From Octopus sinensis (Eukaryota): a stretch of DNA of 64,000 bases. The stretch is taken from the NCBI RefSeq assembly GCF_006345805.1, contig NC_042999.1:132184001-132248000 (forward strand), given 5' to 3'. Positions 12,451 to 25,260 of the stretch are shown here, one piece after another (the first letter of the stretch is position 1; each line of letters opens with the position of its first letter). The notes under the pieces are model-generated. The model had not been told where the DNA came from. It ran no database searches and saw nothing but the letters and a program-made list of their open reading frames with translations. Both the position numbers and the translations under genes were made by a program.

Positions 12451-13052
12451 ATACATAAATACATACATAAATACATACATAAATACATACATACATACAT
12501 ACATACATACATACATACAAAAATACCCTGTTCTTGATGTTGAAATTCCAATGAAGGAGCCTTGAATCTAGGTTAGAAACCAGCTCTTTGTCTATTGGCA
12601 AGAAATCTTGAAATAAACTGAACAATGACATACATACATAAATACATACATAAATACATACATAAATACATACATACATACATACATACATACATACATA
12701 CAAAAATACCCTGTTCTTGATGTTGAAATTCCTGTGAAGGAGCCTTGTATCTAGGTTAGAAACCGGCTCTTTCTCTATTGGCAAGAAATCTTGAAATAAA
12801 CTGAACAATGACATACATACATAAATACATACATAAATACATACATAAATACATACATACATACATACATACATACATACATACATACAAAAATACCCTG
12901 TTCTTGATGTTGAAATTCCTGTGAAGGAGCCTTGTATCTAGGTTAGAAACCGGCTCTTTCTCTATTGGCAAGAAATCTTGAAATAAACTGAACAATGACA
13001 TACATACATAAATACATACATACATAAATACATACATACATACATACATACA

Positions 13053-13084
<32 letters not shown>

Positions 13085-13105
13085 CATACATACATACATA
13101 CATAC
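12335..13105 (+). repeat. Four tandem copies of an about 110-bp 3'-end unit, each followed by (CATA/AATA)n
   Basis: Units start at about 12335, 12518, 12702 and 12887 (caaaaataccctgttcttgatg...aataaactgaacaatgac). Confidence 0.95.
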
Positions 13106-13559
13106 GTACTCGTTATAGTGATTTCAAATTTTGGCACAAGACCAGTACAGCAATTTTGGAGTGGAGTAGGTCGTTTACATCGACTACAGTGTTCAACTGG
13201 TACTTATTTTATGGACCCATATCGATATATATTATAATCAAAAGCAAACATTCTCGTCTGAACTTTCCTTTGGCTGTTCACGACAGTCAGAAACAGCCAA
13301 GATCGAAATTCAGCGCAGGAAGTCAGCTTTTGACGTAATACAAACACATGTATATAATTACATGCATACATACATACATATATACGTATGTATATATATA
13401 TATATATCCAATGTATTGAGTTTTATTTCAGATAATACTTGCATTATGTAAAAGACACACACATATGGCTGCATACATTATGTATGTACATAAATATAAC
13501 TTTTGCTTATTTTGTTGTTCAAAGATATATTATAAAAGAGCAATGTGTGCACTTGTATT

Positions 13560-13735
<176 letters not shown>

Positions 13736-14064
13736 TACGTTTATCACATGTGAGTTACAGAGTGCTATATATCCGGATGTTCAACCATCCTTTTCGTTGA
13801 CTGTATTCATCAACGGTTTGTGTGCAACCGACCGAAAGTTTAAATGAATGAAAGTTTCGGACCGGATATGTTATAACCGCTTCCTCCTGTATCACACACA
13901 ACTATGTATGTATGTATGTAGTATGTATGTATGTATGTATGTATGTATGTATGTATGTATGTATGTATGTATATAATATAATAATATAATGTATATAATA
14001 TATATATACATATGCATGTATACATACATATATGTACATACTGATATATGTATATACACATGCT

Positions 14065-14340
14065 TATATGTGTACAGGACGTCATAGAACGTAAACAACA
14101 TGAAATACGAAATACGAAACATGGAATACGGACATTTTTGCGAACAACGAAAGAAACAAATGGAAAACAAGATAAGCAACATAAAGAACGACCCTTCATC
14201 AGCTGCCGTCGGTTTTATCTAATCCACATTTCGAGCATTTACGACAAGATGTGCCTTCGTCAAAATATTTGCTCCCGCAAAGCAAATTAATTAAAATTTG
14301 GAATTTGCGGAGGGTCAAAGTTGATAACAAAAACAGGATA
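14065..14340. repeat. Interspersed repeat homologous to 37290-37720 (possibly Penelope-derived)
   Basis: Shared gtacaggac...ggacattttt...cccttc(a/t)tcag...tttcga...gcaaatYaattaaaatt blocks. Confidence 0.6.
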
Positions 14341-15029
14341 AGTGAAAACGGTAAGGACTGTTAAGCAATGATGAGGTGAGGTGGCGAACGCTGGAGAAAC
14401 AAGCTTTGACAGGAAACAGACAAGGATGTATCCGATCTCTTGTAGCTGATTGGAAGAAAAGAAAGAAACTCAAGTTAGGAAAAGAAAGATGACCGATGGT
14501 CATGTGTGAGCAACGAGAGAGTAAAGGAGGAAGAGAGAGGGACAGATAGAGAACAGTGAAGGGGAGTGGAAAAGAATTAGACAGAGGATGAGAGAGAGAA
14601 AACGAAGGGGTGAGAAGGGGAGAATAAAAGAATTAGAGAAAGGATGTGGGAGGAAACGAAATAGAAATAGAAATAGAATAGAATAAGTGTCACATCAAAA
14701 TTATTAAGATAAAACTTACTTGGACATGGATACGCGGTGTTCAATCATATAATAATATATATATATTTATATATATATACCGTGAAATGGTCCTATATTT
14801 ATATATATATATATATATATTTATATGTATCTATATACATACATATGTGTGTGTGCGTTTGTGTGGGTGCATGCATGTATGTATATACCTATGTATTTAC
14901 ACACACACACATTACTGTTGGAAAATAGAACAGTAACTTTTATGTCTGCCGTATAAAAAAAGCGACAGTTCTTATGACACCCTTTTGTAGACTAGTTCGA
15001 TGTAAAATGACAGTGACCTTATCTATGTG

Positions 15030-15400
15030 GCTGGTGGCTTCAACGGTCACGTTGACAACATCCTAGTGGATTCCATGGTGTGCATGGAGGCTATACATTT
15101 GGTCTTTGAATTGAGGAGGGAACAAAGCTCTTGCAGTCCTGTGACGCAAAAGGCTTAATGAACCGCAACATAAACGTCAGAAAACCAGCCAGTCACCTGA
15201 TCCCCTACCAATTTTATGCGTATACAAACCAGATTGACTGTATTCACACCAGAAACTGGACAGATAGTTGTAAAAGCAAAATCACCCACTGGTAAAGCAT
15301 GTACCACCCAACATAGATTAGTGGTTAGTGACTTCAGATTTCGAGCCTGTCTGGGAAAGGAAGATATAGAAGCTTAATGATCCACCGAACAGTCAGAAAT
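15030..15400 (+). mobile_element. Degenerate RTE-clade LINE AP-endonuclease fragment
   Basis: Frameshifted translation resembles AGxFNGHV...HGGY.FG..EEGTKLL..CD...RKPASHLI.Y...QID...TQHRLVVSDFR. Confidence 0.7.
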
Positions 15401-16111
15401 TTAGAGAAGTTTAAAAAGACTTGACGAGAAGGATGAGGAGATAGAGACGTATAAGATATAGACGAGATGCATTCCGGGTTGCAAAACAGTGAATAAGAGA
15501 GAATCAAGATGTTGAGGAAGAGAAGTGTTATTGTTCAACAAATTAAACAGAGACTTAGATTAGGAGTGTAGTTCGGTTTTGCGTCAGGTGAAGCTCTCTT
15601 CCTCGTGAGACAACAGCAGAAGAAACATTTAGCCAAAAGTAAACTGCTGCACCGTGTTAATAATGTCTTTGTGTATTTACTTCGTATAATTTTTGCCTTA
15701 TTATATACCCCTTTGGCATAATATGTATTAAAGCATCAACCAGTCGTGGAATCTTTGAAACAGCTGTAAAGGACATTAATTTTGTAATATGAATATGTAT
15801 ATGAAACAACTCATATAAATATTTTTCCCGCCCATATACTTGTTTGTTTATCTTTTGCTTTTTCATTACTCACTCGAGCGATGTATTTCTTATAGCCAAC
15901 ATTTGTTCTGCTGAATAGCAAACTGGATTTTAAGAATCTAACCAATCCGAACATTAGTTGGTATCTACCTATTCTACTCTTATACTAGCATATTCTTACG
16001 CACTGTGTGTGTGAGCCTGTGTGTGCACACGCACACATTGCATGTATATATGTTTAGGAGGATGAAACTCTTGATTATTGAGCCACTTTGTATTAGCTAC
16101 TACTACTACTA

Positions 16112-16145
<34 letters not shown>

Positions 16146-17244
16146 GTATTCCCTGATGCAGTACCAAGCAGTGGCTCTCATGGCTTTTCATTTTAACTGA
16201 TTGGAAGTGTTATCATGTACATTGTTTTGTCTTGGTATAAAAAATGGCCTGCAGCAAATATTCTGCTTATTACCACAGTTGTGTATGTCCCTTGTGGCTG
16301 ACAATATGTATATTTCAGATCACGAGCAGAAGTAGTGGGGGAGCACTATAGCCATGAGATGAGAGAAACTCTTTGAGGCATGAATAATTCACCTCTGGAA
16401 ACATGGGTGTTTTGTTCGTCATCCTTAAACAAACCTTATTCAGGGACCTTTTGAGCGGGATGGCTTACTCAACTTGAAGAAAATTCTTACTGGGCTCCTC
16501 CTGCAAGGTCATGCGCTGATTATCTTGATGAGATCACCATGTCGTGCACATATGGTTAAGATGCATGTCCCTGGTGTACATGCATCGTAACACTCTTTAC
16601 CAGTAAATTAGCTGCTGAAATTTATTAACTGCAGAGTTATTTCCGGCCTCAGCGCGCCAAAGTGAAGACATTTAAAAAATACACCCAAATATAATTTGTA
16701 GAACTTTATACATAATCTAATTCGGTTGAGCGTTCTGTATCTAGTTCTGGAAATTGTGTTTTGCAAGCGACAGACTACGCTGACGATCTTGCAGATATTT
16801 GCGTGTTTACATATGTAAATATTAACAAGTGAGACCATAGTACGTAAGTATTCGATTTTTATTTCGTATATTTTCATTTGTCTTGCTCGTTTTTACATTT
16901 TGGCGTTTTGCTGAGATTTTTCTTGAGAACACACTCTTCGTGGTAATGGCGATTTGACGTCTGTTAGGTGTCCACTTTAGTGGTCATTCCTCTTAATTTT
17001 GTAAGTAGCAATTTTTATTCTTCGGATTTTTTAAACATGCTAAGCCACTGGTTTTAATTGATTAATATCAATTTCTACCCTTATTAGTTAATTTACACAC
17101 ACACGCACATACATGTGCACACATATATACACAAATGAAGACTGAAACACATGACCATATACAAACATGCACACTTCACACATACACACATACAATTTTG
17201 AACACTCAAACACATGAATATACAGAACACTTACATAGAAAGGT

Positions 17245-17278
<34 letters not shown>

Positions 17279-17291
17279 GCAAACACACACA

Positions 17292-17453
17292 GGCGCAGGA
17301 GTGGCTGTGTGGTAAGTAGCTTGCTAACCAACCGCATGCTTCCGGGTTCAGTCCCACTGCGTGGCATCTTCGGCAAGTGTCTTCTGTTATAGCCCCGGGC
17401 CGACCAATGCCTTGTGAGTGGATTTGGTAGACGGAAACTGAAAGAAGCCTGTC

Positions 17454-17503
<50 letters not shown>

Positions 17504-17718
17504 ATGTGTTTGTGTGTGTGTGTTTGTCCCCCTAGCGTTGCTTGACAACCGATGCTGGTGTGTTTACGTCCCCGTCACTTAGCGGTTCGGCAAAAGAGAC
17601 CGATAGAATAAGTACTGGGCTTACAAAGAATAAGTCCCGGGGTAGATTTGCTCGACTAAAGGCAGTGCTCCAGCATGGCTGCAGTCAAATGACTGAAACA
17701 AGTAAAAGAGTAAAAGAG
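17292..17718 (+). mobile_element. Full-length family A SINE
   Basis: GGCGCAGGAGTGGCTGTGTGG head, central (TA)n(TG)n, 3' body, aagtaaaagagtaaaagagta tail. Confidence 0.92.
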
Positions 17719-17867
17719 TATACGTGTATACACACATATACAAACATACATACATACATACATACATACATACATACATGCATATGTGCATACACATGCA
17801 CACTGACGTACACACATGCGCACAAACAAATAAAAGGAACGCAGGTCTGACAACGGACAGAGCCAAC

Positions 17868-18050
17868 GACTATTGAAAAGGTTGCAAGCCGCAACGAAAA
17901 TTTTAGAAAAAAATAAATAACTAAATGAGTAGAAATCGAACCGGTGAGTGTGTTAAATAATATGGCACTAAAAGAGAATGACTCTCCCCAGACACAATAA
18001 AATATGCTTCAATCCACGAATTCACATAAAGAATCTTGAAAACCGAAAAC
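17868..18050 (+). repeat. Non-autonomous repeat (family D) beginning with a hammerhead-like motif; same family as 24900-25260
   Basis: gactattgaaaaggttgcaagccgcaacgaaaattttag...ccggtgagtgtgttaaataat...gactctccccagacacaa matches 25078-25260. Confidence 0.85.
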
Positions 18051-18069
18051 AAAAATGAAATAGAAATAT

Positions 18070-18137
18070 ATATGTGTGTGTGTGTTTATATATATATATA
18101 TGTATATATATGTATATATGTATATATATATGTGTAT

Positions 18138-18170
<33 letters not shown>

Positions 18171-18219
18171 GTGTATTATATATATATATATATATATGTG
18201 TATATATATATATATATAT

Positions 18220-18317
<98 letters not shown>

Positions 18318-18360
18318 ATATATATATATATATATATATATATCTATATATATATATATG
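18070..18360. repeat. Long interrupted (TA)n microsatellite
   Basis: Directly visible; source of the YI-repeat ORFs. Confidence 0.95.
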
Positions 18361-18667
18361 TGCATGCACAAACACACTTCTGATACCATAATCAGCTGCA
18401 AAGCAATGAAGGTGATTACGTAACTCCAATTAATTTATCATTCATGAATTTATATATATATATATATATATATATTCATCTGTTTGTGCTGATATCGATC
18501 ACTGATTGATATCTGGTGCTGGTTTGTTTACATCTCGTAAACAGTGGTTCAGCAAAACAGTTTTAGACTTTAAAAATAAGTACTAGGGTTGATTTGTTTG
18601 ACTAAAACCCTTCACGGTGGTGGCCTAGCAGGGCCGCAATCGTATGACTAAAATAAGTAAAAGATGA

Positions 18668-18719
<52 letters not shown>

Positions 18720-19076
18720 GAAAAAACAAGTCAGGATAGAAAATGCTAAAATAATTTTATAAAGAACATTTCAGTACCGGTTTCAGTCATTGAGACCTTT
18801 TCAACTGTAACAATTAAATAATTAAATTTAGAAAAATTAATAGAAAAGTTTTTTTAAAAGAATATTTGTATAGAGTTCAAATATAAGTGGCATTTTTCTT
18901 GTTTCTGCCTTTCTCTGTCTCTCTTGTTTACTCTTGTGGGTTCGAGGTCGTTATATATATATATAACCTTTAAGTTCATTTACAGAAAACGTTTTGGAGT
19001 ATGCATATAAAAGCTATTTTATTATGTCGGCTACCGCCTAATGATACCAACTTGCAATAGCAGTTTTATGTGGTTG

Positions 19077-19204
<128 letters not shown>

Positions 19205-19205
19205 A

Positions 19206-19257
<52 letters not shown>

Positions 19258-19359
19258 TATAATTTGAAGATATGCTAACCTCGTGAAGGGATGGTTGCAT
19301 CCAAGGATATACTGGTTCAATATTTAGTATTTTGGGGAATGAAATTCCCTTAAAATAAT

Positions 19360-19985
19360 AAGAAAAGAAAATGGAGATAAGGAAGTTAATAATTGTCAAT
19401 TATTAAAAAATTGGTCATCTTCGCTTTTTACAGCCGTTTGAATTCATACTCAATAATTTAATTACAAATTTGTACATTAAATTTACATTTATGTGACATG
19501 AGCATAATTTCATCAGAGAGAGAGAAAAAAAGATGTACCTTGAGACGTTATATGAGGACCCAGAAGTGGACTGAGCCGTCGGTCAATCGGAGACTGCCCG
19601 AGAGCCCGGTGAGCTGAGGGGCCTGCACTCTACATGTTGACTCTACTAAAACACATATTGAAAGGGGCCCGGTAAACAGTTTTTTCTCAAGGGCCATTAA
19701 TGCTTTCAGTCCGCCCCTGTGTGGACCTATCAATTTATTTCAGCAGGCTTTCTTTTTTCTCTGACGAAATTATGCTCATGTCACATAAATGTACAAATTT
19801 GTAATTAAATTATTGAGTATTAATTGAAACGGCTGTAAGAAGTGAAGACGACCAATTTGTTAATAATAACCTATTATTAATAACCTATTAATAACCTATT
19901 AATAACCTATTATTAATAATAACCTTATCTCCTTAAGGTTAATAATAACCTTATCTCCATTTTCTTTTCTGCTATTCTTCAGAAT
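19360..19985. mobile_element. Foldback element with about 180-bp inverted arms
   Basis: aattggtcatcttcgc...ttatgtgacatgagcataatttcatcagag (about 19408-19520) is inverted against ctctgacgaaattatgctcatgtcacataa...gacgaccaatt (about 19760-19857); arms extend through gaaaagaaaatggagataa / ttatctccattttcttttc. Confidence 0.85.
19561..19719. mobile_element. hAT-type MITE with 8-bp TSD
   Basis: TIRs cagaagtggactg / cagtccgcccctg; TSD tgaggacc (19553-19560) / tgtggacc (19720-19727). Confidence 0.75.
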
Positions 19986-20463
19986 CTATTCTTCAGAATA
20001 AGAGTATATGTATATTCTTATTAATATTTAGCAGCAGTAACAGACTGACTTAAGTGCCAGGAGTTTCATGCGTTGGCACAGCAAAGTTTGATAAATATTA
20101 ATATATATATATGTGTGTGCGTGTGTGTGCGTGTGTGTGTGTGTTTGTGTGTGTGTGTATACATATATGCATACACACACACATACACACACACACTCAC
20201 ACACGCACACACATCGACATTTTTAAACATGATTTTCTAATTCACAATTCTAAATTTTTCTGTTATGAACATTTAAACTTGTCAACATTGAAACTTCTAA
20301 AGATGTTTTTCTAATTCCTAAATCTAAATTTTTACCATTGATAAGCGAAAAATAATGATGAAATTAGTTTGGTATATATGTAAATAAATTTATTTTAAAC
20401 AATTACAAGTTTTTCAAATTTAGGTGCATTTTCAACAACAACATTTTGCCTATATATACATAT

Positions 20464-20553
<90 letters not shown>

Positions 20554-20610
20554 CATATATACATATATATACATGTATACATATACATCATACATACATA
20601 CATACATACA

Positions 20611-20677
<67 letters not shown>

Positions 20678-21317
20678 ATATATTGCCGTTTAAGAATCCA
20701 TAAATCAGAAAATTTATCCACTCGTATGTGTTTTATTTGTCAATAGAGGGGATATATTAATCAAAGTGCACAGTATTATATACCCATTATGCTCCATCTT
20801 AACCCTTGCTCAGTTCGTTTCGTTTTTTTTTCTGAGCGACCACAAGTTGGTTGTCTCTTCACCTTCAAGAATAGGGAGCGGTTTCCACATTTTCTTCTAT
20901 AACTGCCAACTCTGCGTGCAAGGTTATATAATCAGGCTTTTGTCTAACATCCCGTTGAACCCTCAGTCGTTATCGATTGTTATTTGCACCAAGCATTGCT
21001 GCCTTGTTGTGTCACTGTTTCATATTTATAATTCTACCTTTACAGTGCTTAATTTGGCTGGAAAGTGATACTATTGTATTACAATGATATTTAAAATTTT
21101 CGACGAAAACTTTTTCACTGATCTCAGTTGTAAACAAAGAAGTCCTGGGGTCGATTCGTTCGACTAAAGGCGGTGCTCCAGCATTGCCGCAGTCAAATGA
21201 TTGAAACAAATAAAAGATTATATACACCTGTTTGTTGTTCCTTCACCTGACATCATCTTATGTTTTCTGTAAATTCGAACTATATATATATATGTGTGAG
21301 TGTGTGTGTGTGTGTAA

Positions 21318-21445
<128 letters not shown>

Positions 21446-22120
21446 AGCAAATAAGTAACAAGGATGTCAAGGTATTAGTGCATTGCAACCGTTTCATGCG
21501 GCTCCTTTTGGTCAAACAATGCAAGCATTACATCAATATGAAATCCACCGCCATCTTCGGATGCATAATAAAGGTTTTCAACATACAGAATACTCCATTA
21601 CAATTTTTAGCAACTATTTCATCAGAACTAGAGAATGAAAGAATTATATGCGGCTATTATAGTAGCAGAATGAACTTAGAGAGAAAATACCCAAACTATA
21701 ATTTGGAGTGGCAAGAGAGAATAACAATGGGGGTCATGAGATGGTAATATAGCTACAAATTTTATCTATCTCATTATTACCATCAAAAGATCTAATGCAG
21801 ATAGTATACTACGTCCACTAAGAATTAAAACCACTGGGAACTGACAGTTAAGTTCTAGCTGCTGATAATATATTAATTACTGTGGCTATAAATTCCCTGT
21901 GACCACATAATGAAACAAATCTTAGAGGAAGTAATGCACTTAATACCTTGACATCCCTGTTACTTTCAGGACCCCGACATTTTCCTCTTCATAACTTTCT
22001 GGAAAATAGGTATTTTTAATGAAATTTTATACAAATACCTTTATACAAATAATGAGGTACATTAATTTGAATTAATTAAAATACAGGTATAATCGGTAGA
22101 AGATATTTTTTGGTAAATAC

Positions 22121-22344
22121 CTCAGTGTGGAATAATTTTTTTCCACAGTTTTTTCAGGTGCATTCAACGTATCTGACCTACAAACCCACCACAACCCACT
22201 TTTTTTCCGGAAAAGAAAGGTGGGAGAGGTGATAGGGACATCAATCACTGTTCCTTCTTGACAGGACAAAGAAATTTCTCGCTGTCTTTGCAGGTAGTGA
22301 GCGGGTGGATTTGGTTTCAAATCCAGGCAGGGCCAAACGAGGTT
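22121..22344 (-). CDS. Candidate exon (NLVWPCLDL...SGLWWVCRSD...NYSTL)
   Basis: acttgtag acceptor, 224 nt open in phase 0 to 2, GAG|GTATTT donor; product not recognised. Confidence 0.25.
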
Positions 22345-22444
22345 CTACAAGTTATAATAGTTAGGTGGCGTTATATCGGGGTTGAAATAATGACGCATAC
22401 AATATTAAATATGCTAAGACTATCAGAAAACAATAGAAACTTTT

Positions 22445-22596
22445 AAACGCTTACCGGTTATGAAATTTTGGGGTTAACGGACTTGAGTTAACGGAAGTTA
22501 ATTAATCCGATAACGATTTTCAAAGTTAACTTAAAGGTTAAATCGTTAACGAAATTTCGTTAATTAACGATTAAACGATTAACAGACTCAGCTCTG
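22445..22596 (-). mobile_element. hAT-like terminal fragment rich in TTAACG/TAACGA subterminal motifs
   Basis: Many ttaacg/taacga motifs ending in ctcagctctg (CAGAG... on the minus strand); no partner end found. Confidence 0.4.
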
Positions 22597-22623
22597 TAGG
22601 TATGTATATATATATATGTGTAT

Positions 22624-22661
<38 letters not shown>

Positions 22662-23689
22662 GAGGTATAAAAAATAAGACGACGGGGCTAATTGTGTCAG
22701 AACTGATTATGGAGTTAAACTACAATATAAATAGAATAAGCACTTCAAAAAGACACAGAGTTGTTCTCAATAGAAGGAAGATGAGATGAGATGAGATGAG
22801 ATGAAATTAGATATAAAGGCTAGCAATGTAAAATCTAGGAGACCCAATGATGATATTGTGCTGTAATATTGTGGTTGTAACATGTAGCAGTTGAAAAGTC
22901 TAGAAGACAGTGACGATATTTCGATGTAATACTGCAATACAATCTGACGTGTAGCATTCAATTATGAAGTCTAGGAGACACGAAGACATTTTGATGTTGC
23001 TGTATTTAACCGACTCACTGCTTACAAACTGATTGTACTGTATTCGACGTGAACTAAGCAATGTAACGGGGGTGAGGGATGTATATGTGCACACGCTTGA
23101 GTGCGTGTGTCTGTTTGAGCGTGTGTTTGCATAACTGAGTGTATGTGTATGTCTGTGTGTGTCTGTGCGTGAGTCCATTGTGTGTCAGTATGGGTATGTG
23201 CGTGTTTATGGTAATGGGGGTGAAGGATGTATATGTGCATGTATGTCTCTCTTATCTCTCGTTCTGTATGAATGAGTGTATGTGTGTGTCTGTCTGTCTG
23301 TCTGAGCGTGTGTGTACTTGTGTTCATTGTGTGTATTTATGTGTTAATGTGTGCGCGTGTGTATGTGTATTGGTGTGCACGCGCCGATTGTATGTGTAGG
23401 TGTGTATGTGTATTCGTATCTGTGTGCCCGCGTCGATTGTGTGCGTGTATACGTATCTCTGTGAACGCGTCGATTTTTGTGTATCTGTGTAGGTATATCA
23501 TCTGTATGTGCGTGTTGCTATGTGTGTGTCTACGTGTTTGTGTCCGATATGTGTATTTGTATGTATGCAACTATATGAAGAGATAAAGGTATTATAATGA
23601 ACACTATTGAATAGCGGAAGCTGAAAATATTACATTTTGAATATGTCATATCACTTTCTTTCTCTCTCGGTCTTTTCCTATCAGCAGCC

Positions 23690-24200
23690 TAAATTCTATC
23701 TTTTCTTCTTTTTCTTTCCGCTGCCTTCCTCTCCCTATCTTCCTCGCTCTCTTTCTCCTGCTGCTGCCGCTCTGTCTCTCCCTCTCTCTTTCTCTTTCTG
23801 GTTCCCTGGCTCATTGTCTTTCCCTTTCTACTCCGCTCTTTCTGTCCCTCACTTTTTCTTTCACTTCCTTCCTCGCTCTCTTTCTTTTTTCTCCTGCTCT
23901 GTGTTCCCCTCTCTATCTCTCTCTGTTCCCCTCGCTCTCTTTCTTTTTTTCTCCTGCTCTGTGTTCCTCTCTCTCTCTCTCTCTGTTCCCCTCGCTCTCT
24001 TTCTTTCTCCTCCAGCTGCTGCTTGTACTCACTCACTCACTCACACACACAGACTCTCTCTCTCTCTCTCTGTTCCCCTCGCTCTCTTTCTTTTTTCTCC
24101 TGCTCTGTGTTCCTCTCTCTCTCTCTCTCTGTTCCCCTCGCTCTCTTTCTTTCTCCTCCAGCTGCTGCTTGTACTCACTCACTCACTCACACACACACAT
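23690..24200. repeat. CT-rich low-complexity array with an about 130-bp tandem duplication
   Basis: ctcgctctctttc...ccagctgctgcttgtactcactcac repeated at about 23930-24050 and 24060-24195. Confidence 0.85.
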
Positions 24201-24899
24201 ACCTATCTGATCAATATTTGTTATAAATACGCATTGTTTCAAAATTTTTCCCTCATCACGTTACTAACCTCTCCCCCTTCCATATATCTTTTTCGCCTTC
24301 TCAATTGGCAGCTTATACACGATCGCGTGCGTATTCATATATACATACATATATACATAAGCACACACGCACACACATACACATAAATATACACATTGGT
24401 CGGCTGAAAAGTTATGACTCAAGGACCAATAGTTTCGTGTGTGGCACTTACCAAACTATCAAAACTATGTATGTATGTATGTATGTATGTATGTATGTAT
24501 GTATGTATGTGTATGTGTGTGTGTGTGTGTGAGCGTATGTATATGTATATGTATGTGAGTGTATATGTGTGTGGACAGAGAGGGAGAGGGGAGAGAGATA
24601 TATAAAGAAAAAGGATAGATAGATATGTAGATACACATATACGTATTAGTGTGTGCGTGCGCGCATGTGTACGTGCTTGTGTTTGCGTGTGCGTGCGTGT
24701 GCGTAAAGTGCATAATGTTCCAGTGCCAGAGAAGACATAAAAATCGAGGTTCTTCAGTTATCTCTTCTACATTGGAATCAATCAGTGTCATACCTGGATT
24801 GGATTCTTACTTCCTCCAACTAAGTCAGTATAATCTTATACAGTGCCGGACCTCTTACCTGATTTCCAGAAATCCGGAAATGTTCTGCATTAACATGCA

Positions 24900-25260
24900 A
24901 TATACTCTGTTGTGTCTGGGGAGAGTCATTCTCCTTTAGTGCCTTATTATTTAAGACACTCACTGGTAAAATTTCCACTTATTTCTTATTTTTTATTTTC
25001 TAAAATTTTCGTTGCGTCTTGCAACCTTTTCAATAGTCTTCGTTGCGTCTTGCAACCTTTTCAATAGTCTTAGACTAGACTATTGAAAAGGTTGCAAGAC
25101 GCAACGAAAATTTTAGAAAATAAAAAATAAGAAATAAGTGGAAATTTTACCGGTGAGTGTGTTAAATAATAAGGCACTAAAAGAGAATGACTCTTCCCAG
25201 ACACAACAGAATATGCTTCAACACACGAACTCATATAAAGAATCTTGCAAACCAAATCCA
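24900..25260. repeat. Head-to-head inverted pair of family D repeats with a 31-bp tandem duplication in the left arm
   Basis: 24900-25070 is the reverse complement of 25077-25216; 6-nt spacer at 25071-25076. Confidence 0.9.

Noticed and set aside
12335-13105. Repeat-spacer appearance suggestive of a CRISPR array
   Set aside because: Units are about 110 bp, the spacers are microsatellite, there are no cas genes and the context is eukaryotic.
18036-18423. Several 100+ aa ORFs (YIYI, CVCV, MYVC types) here and at 7981-8231, 12233-13137, 20403-20721, 23022-23586, 44069-44767, 51176-51794
   Set aside because: They are translations of stop-free (TA)n, (CA)n and (CATA)n microsatellites.
23637-24386. 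249-aa hydrophobic ORF and its antisense ER/K-rich ORF
   Set aside because: Products of a CT-rich low-complexity array.
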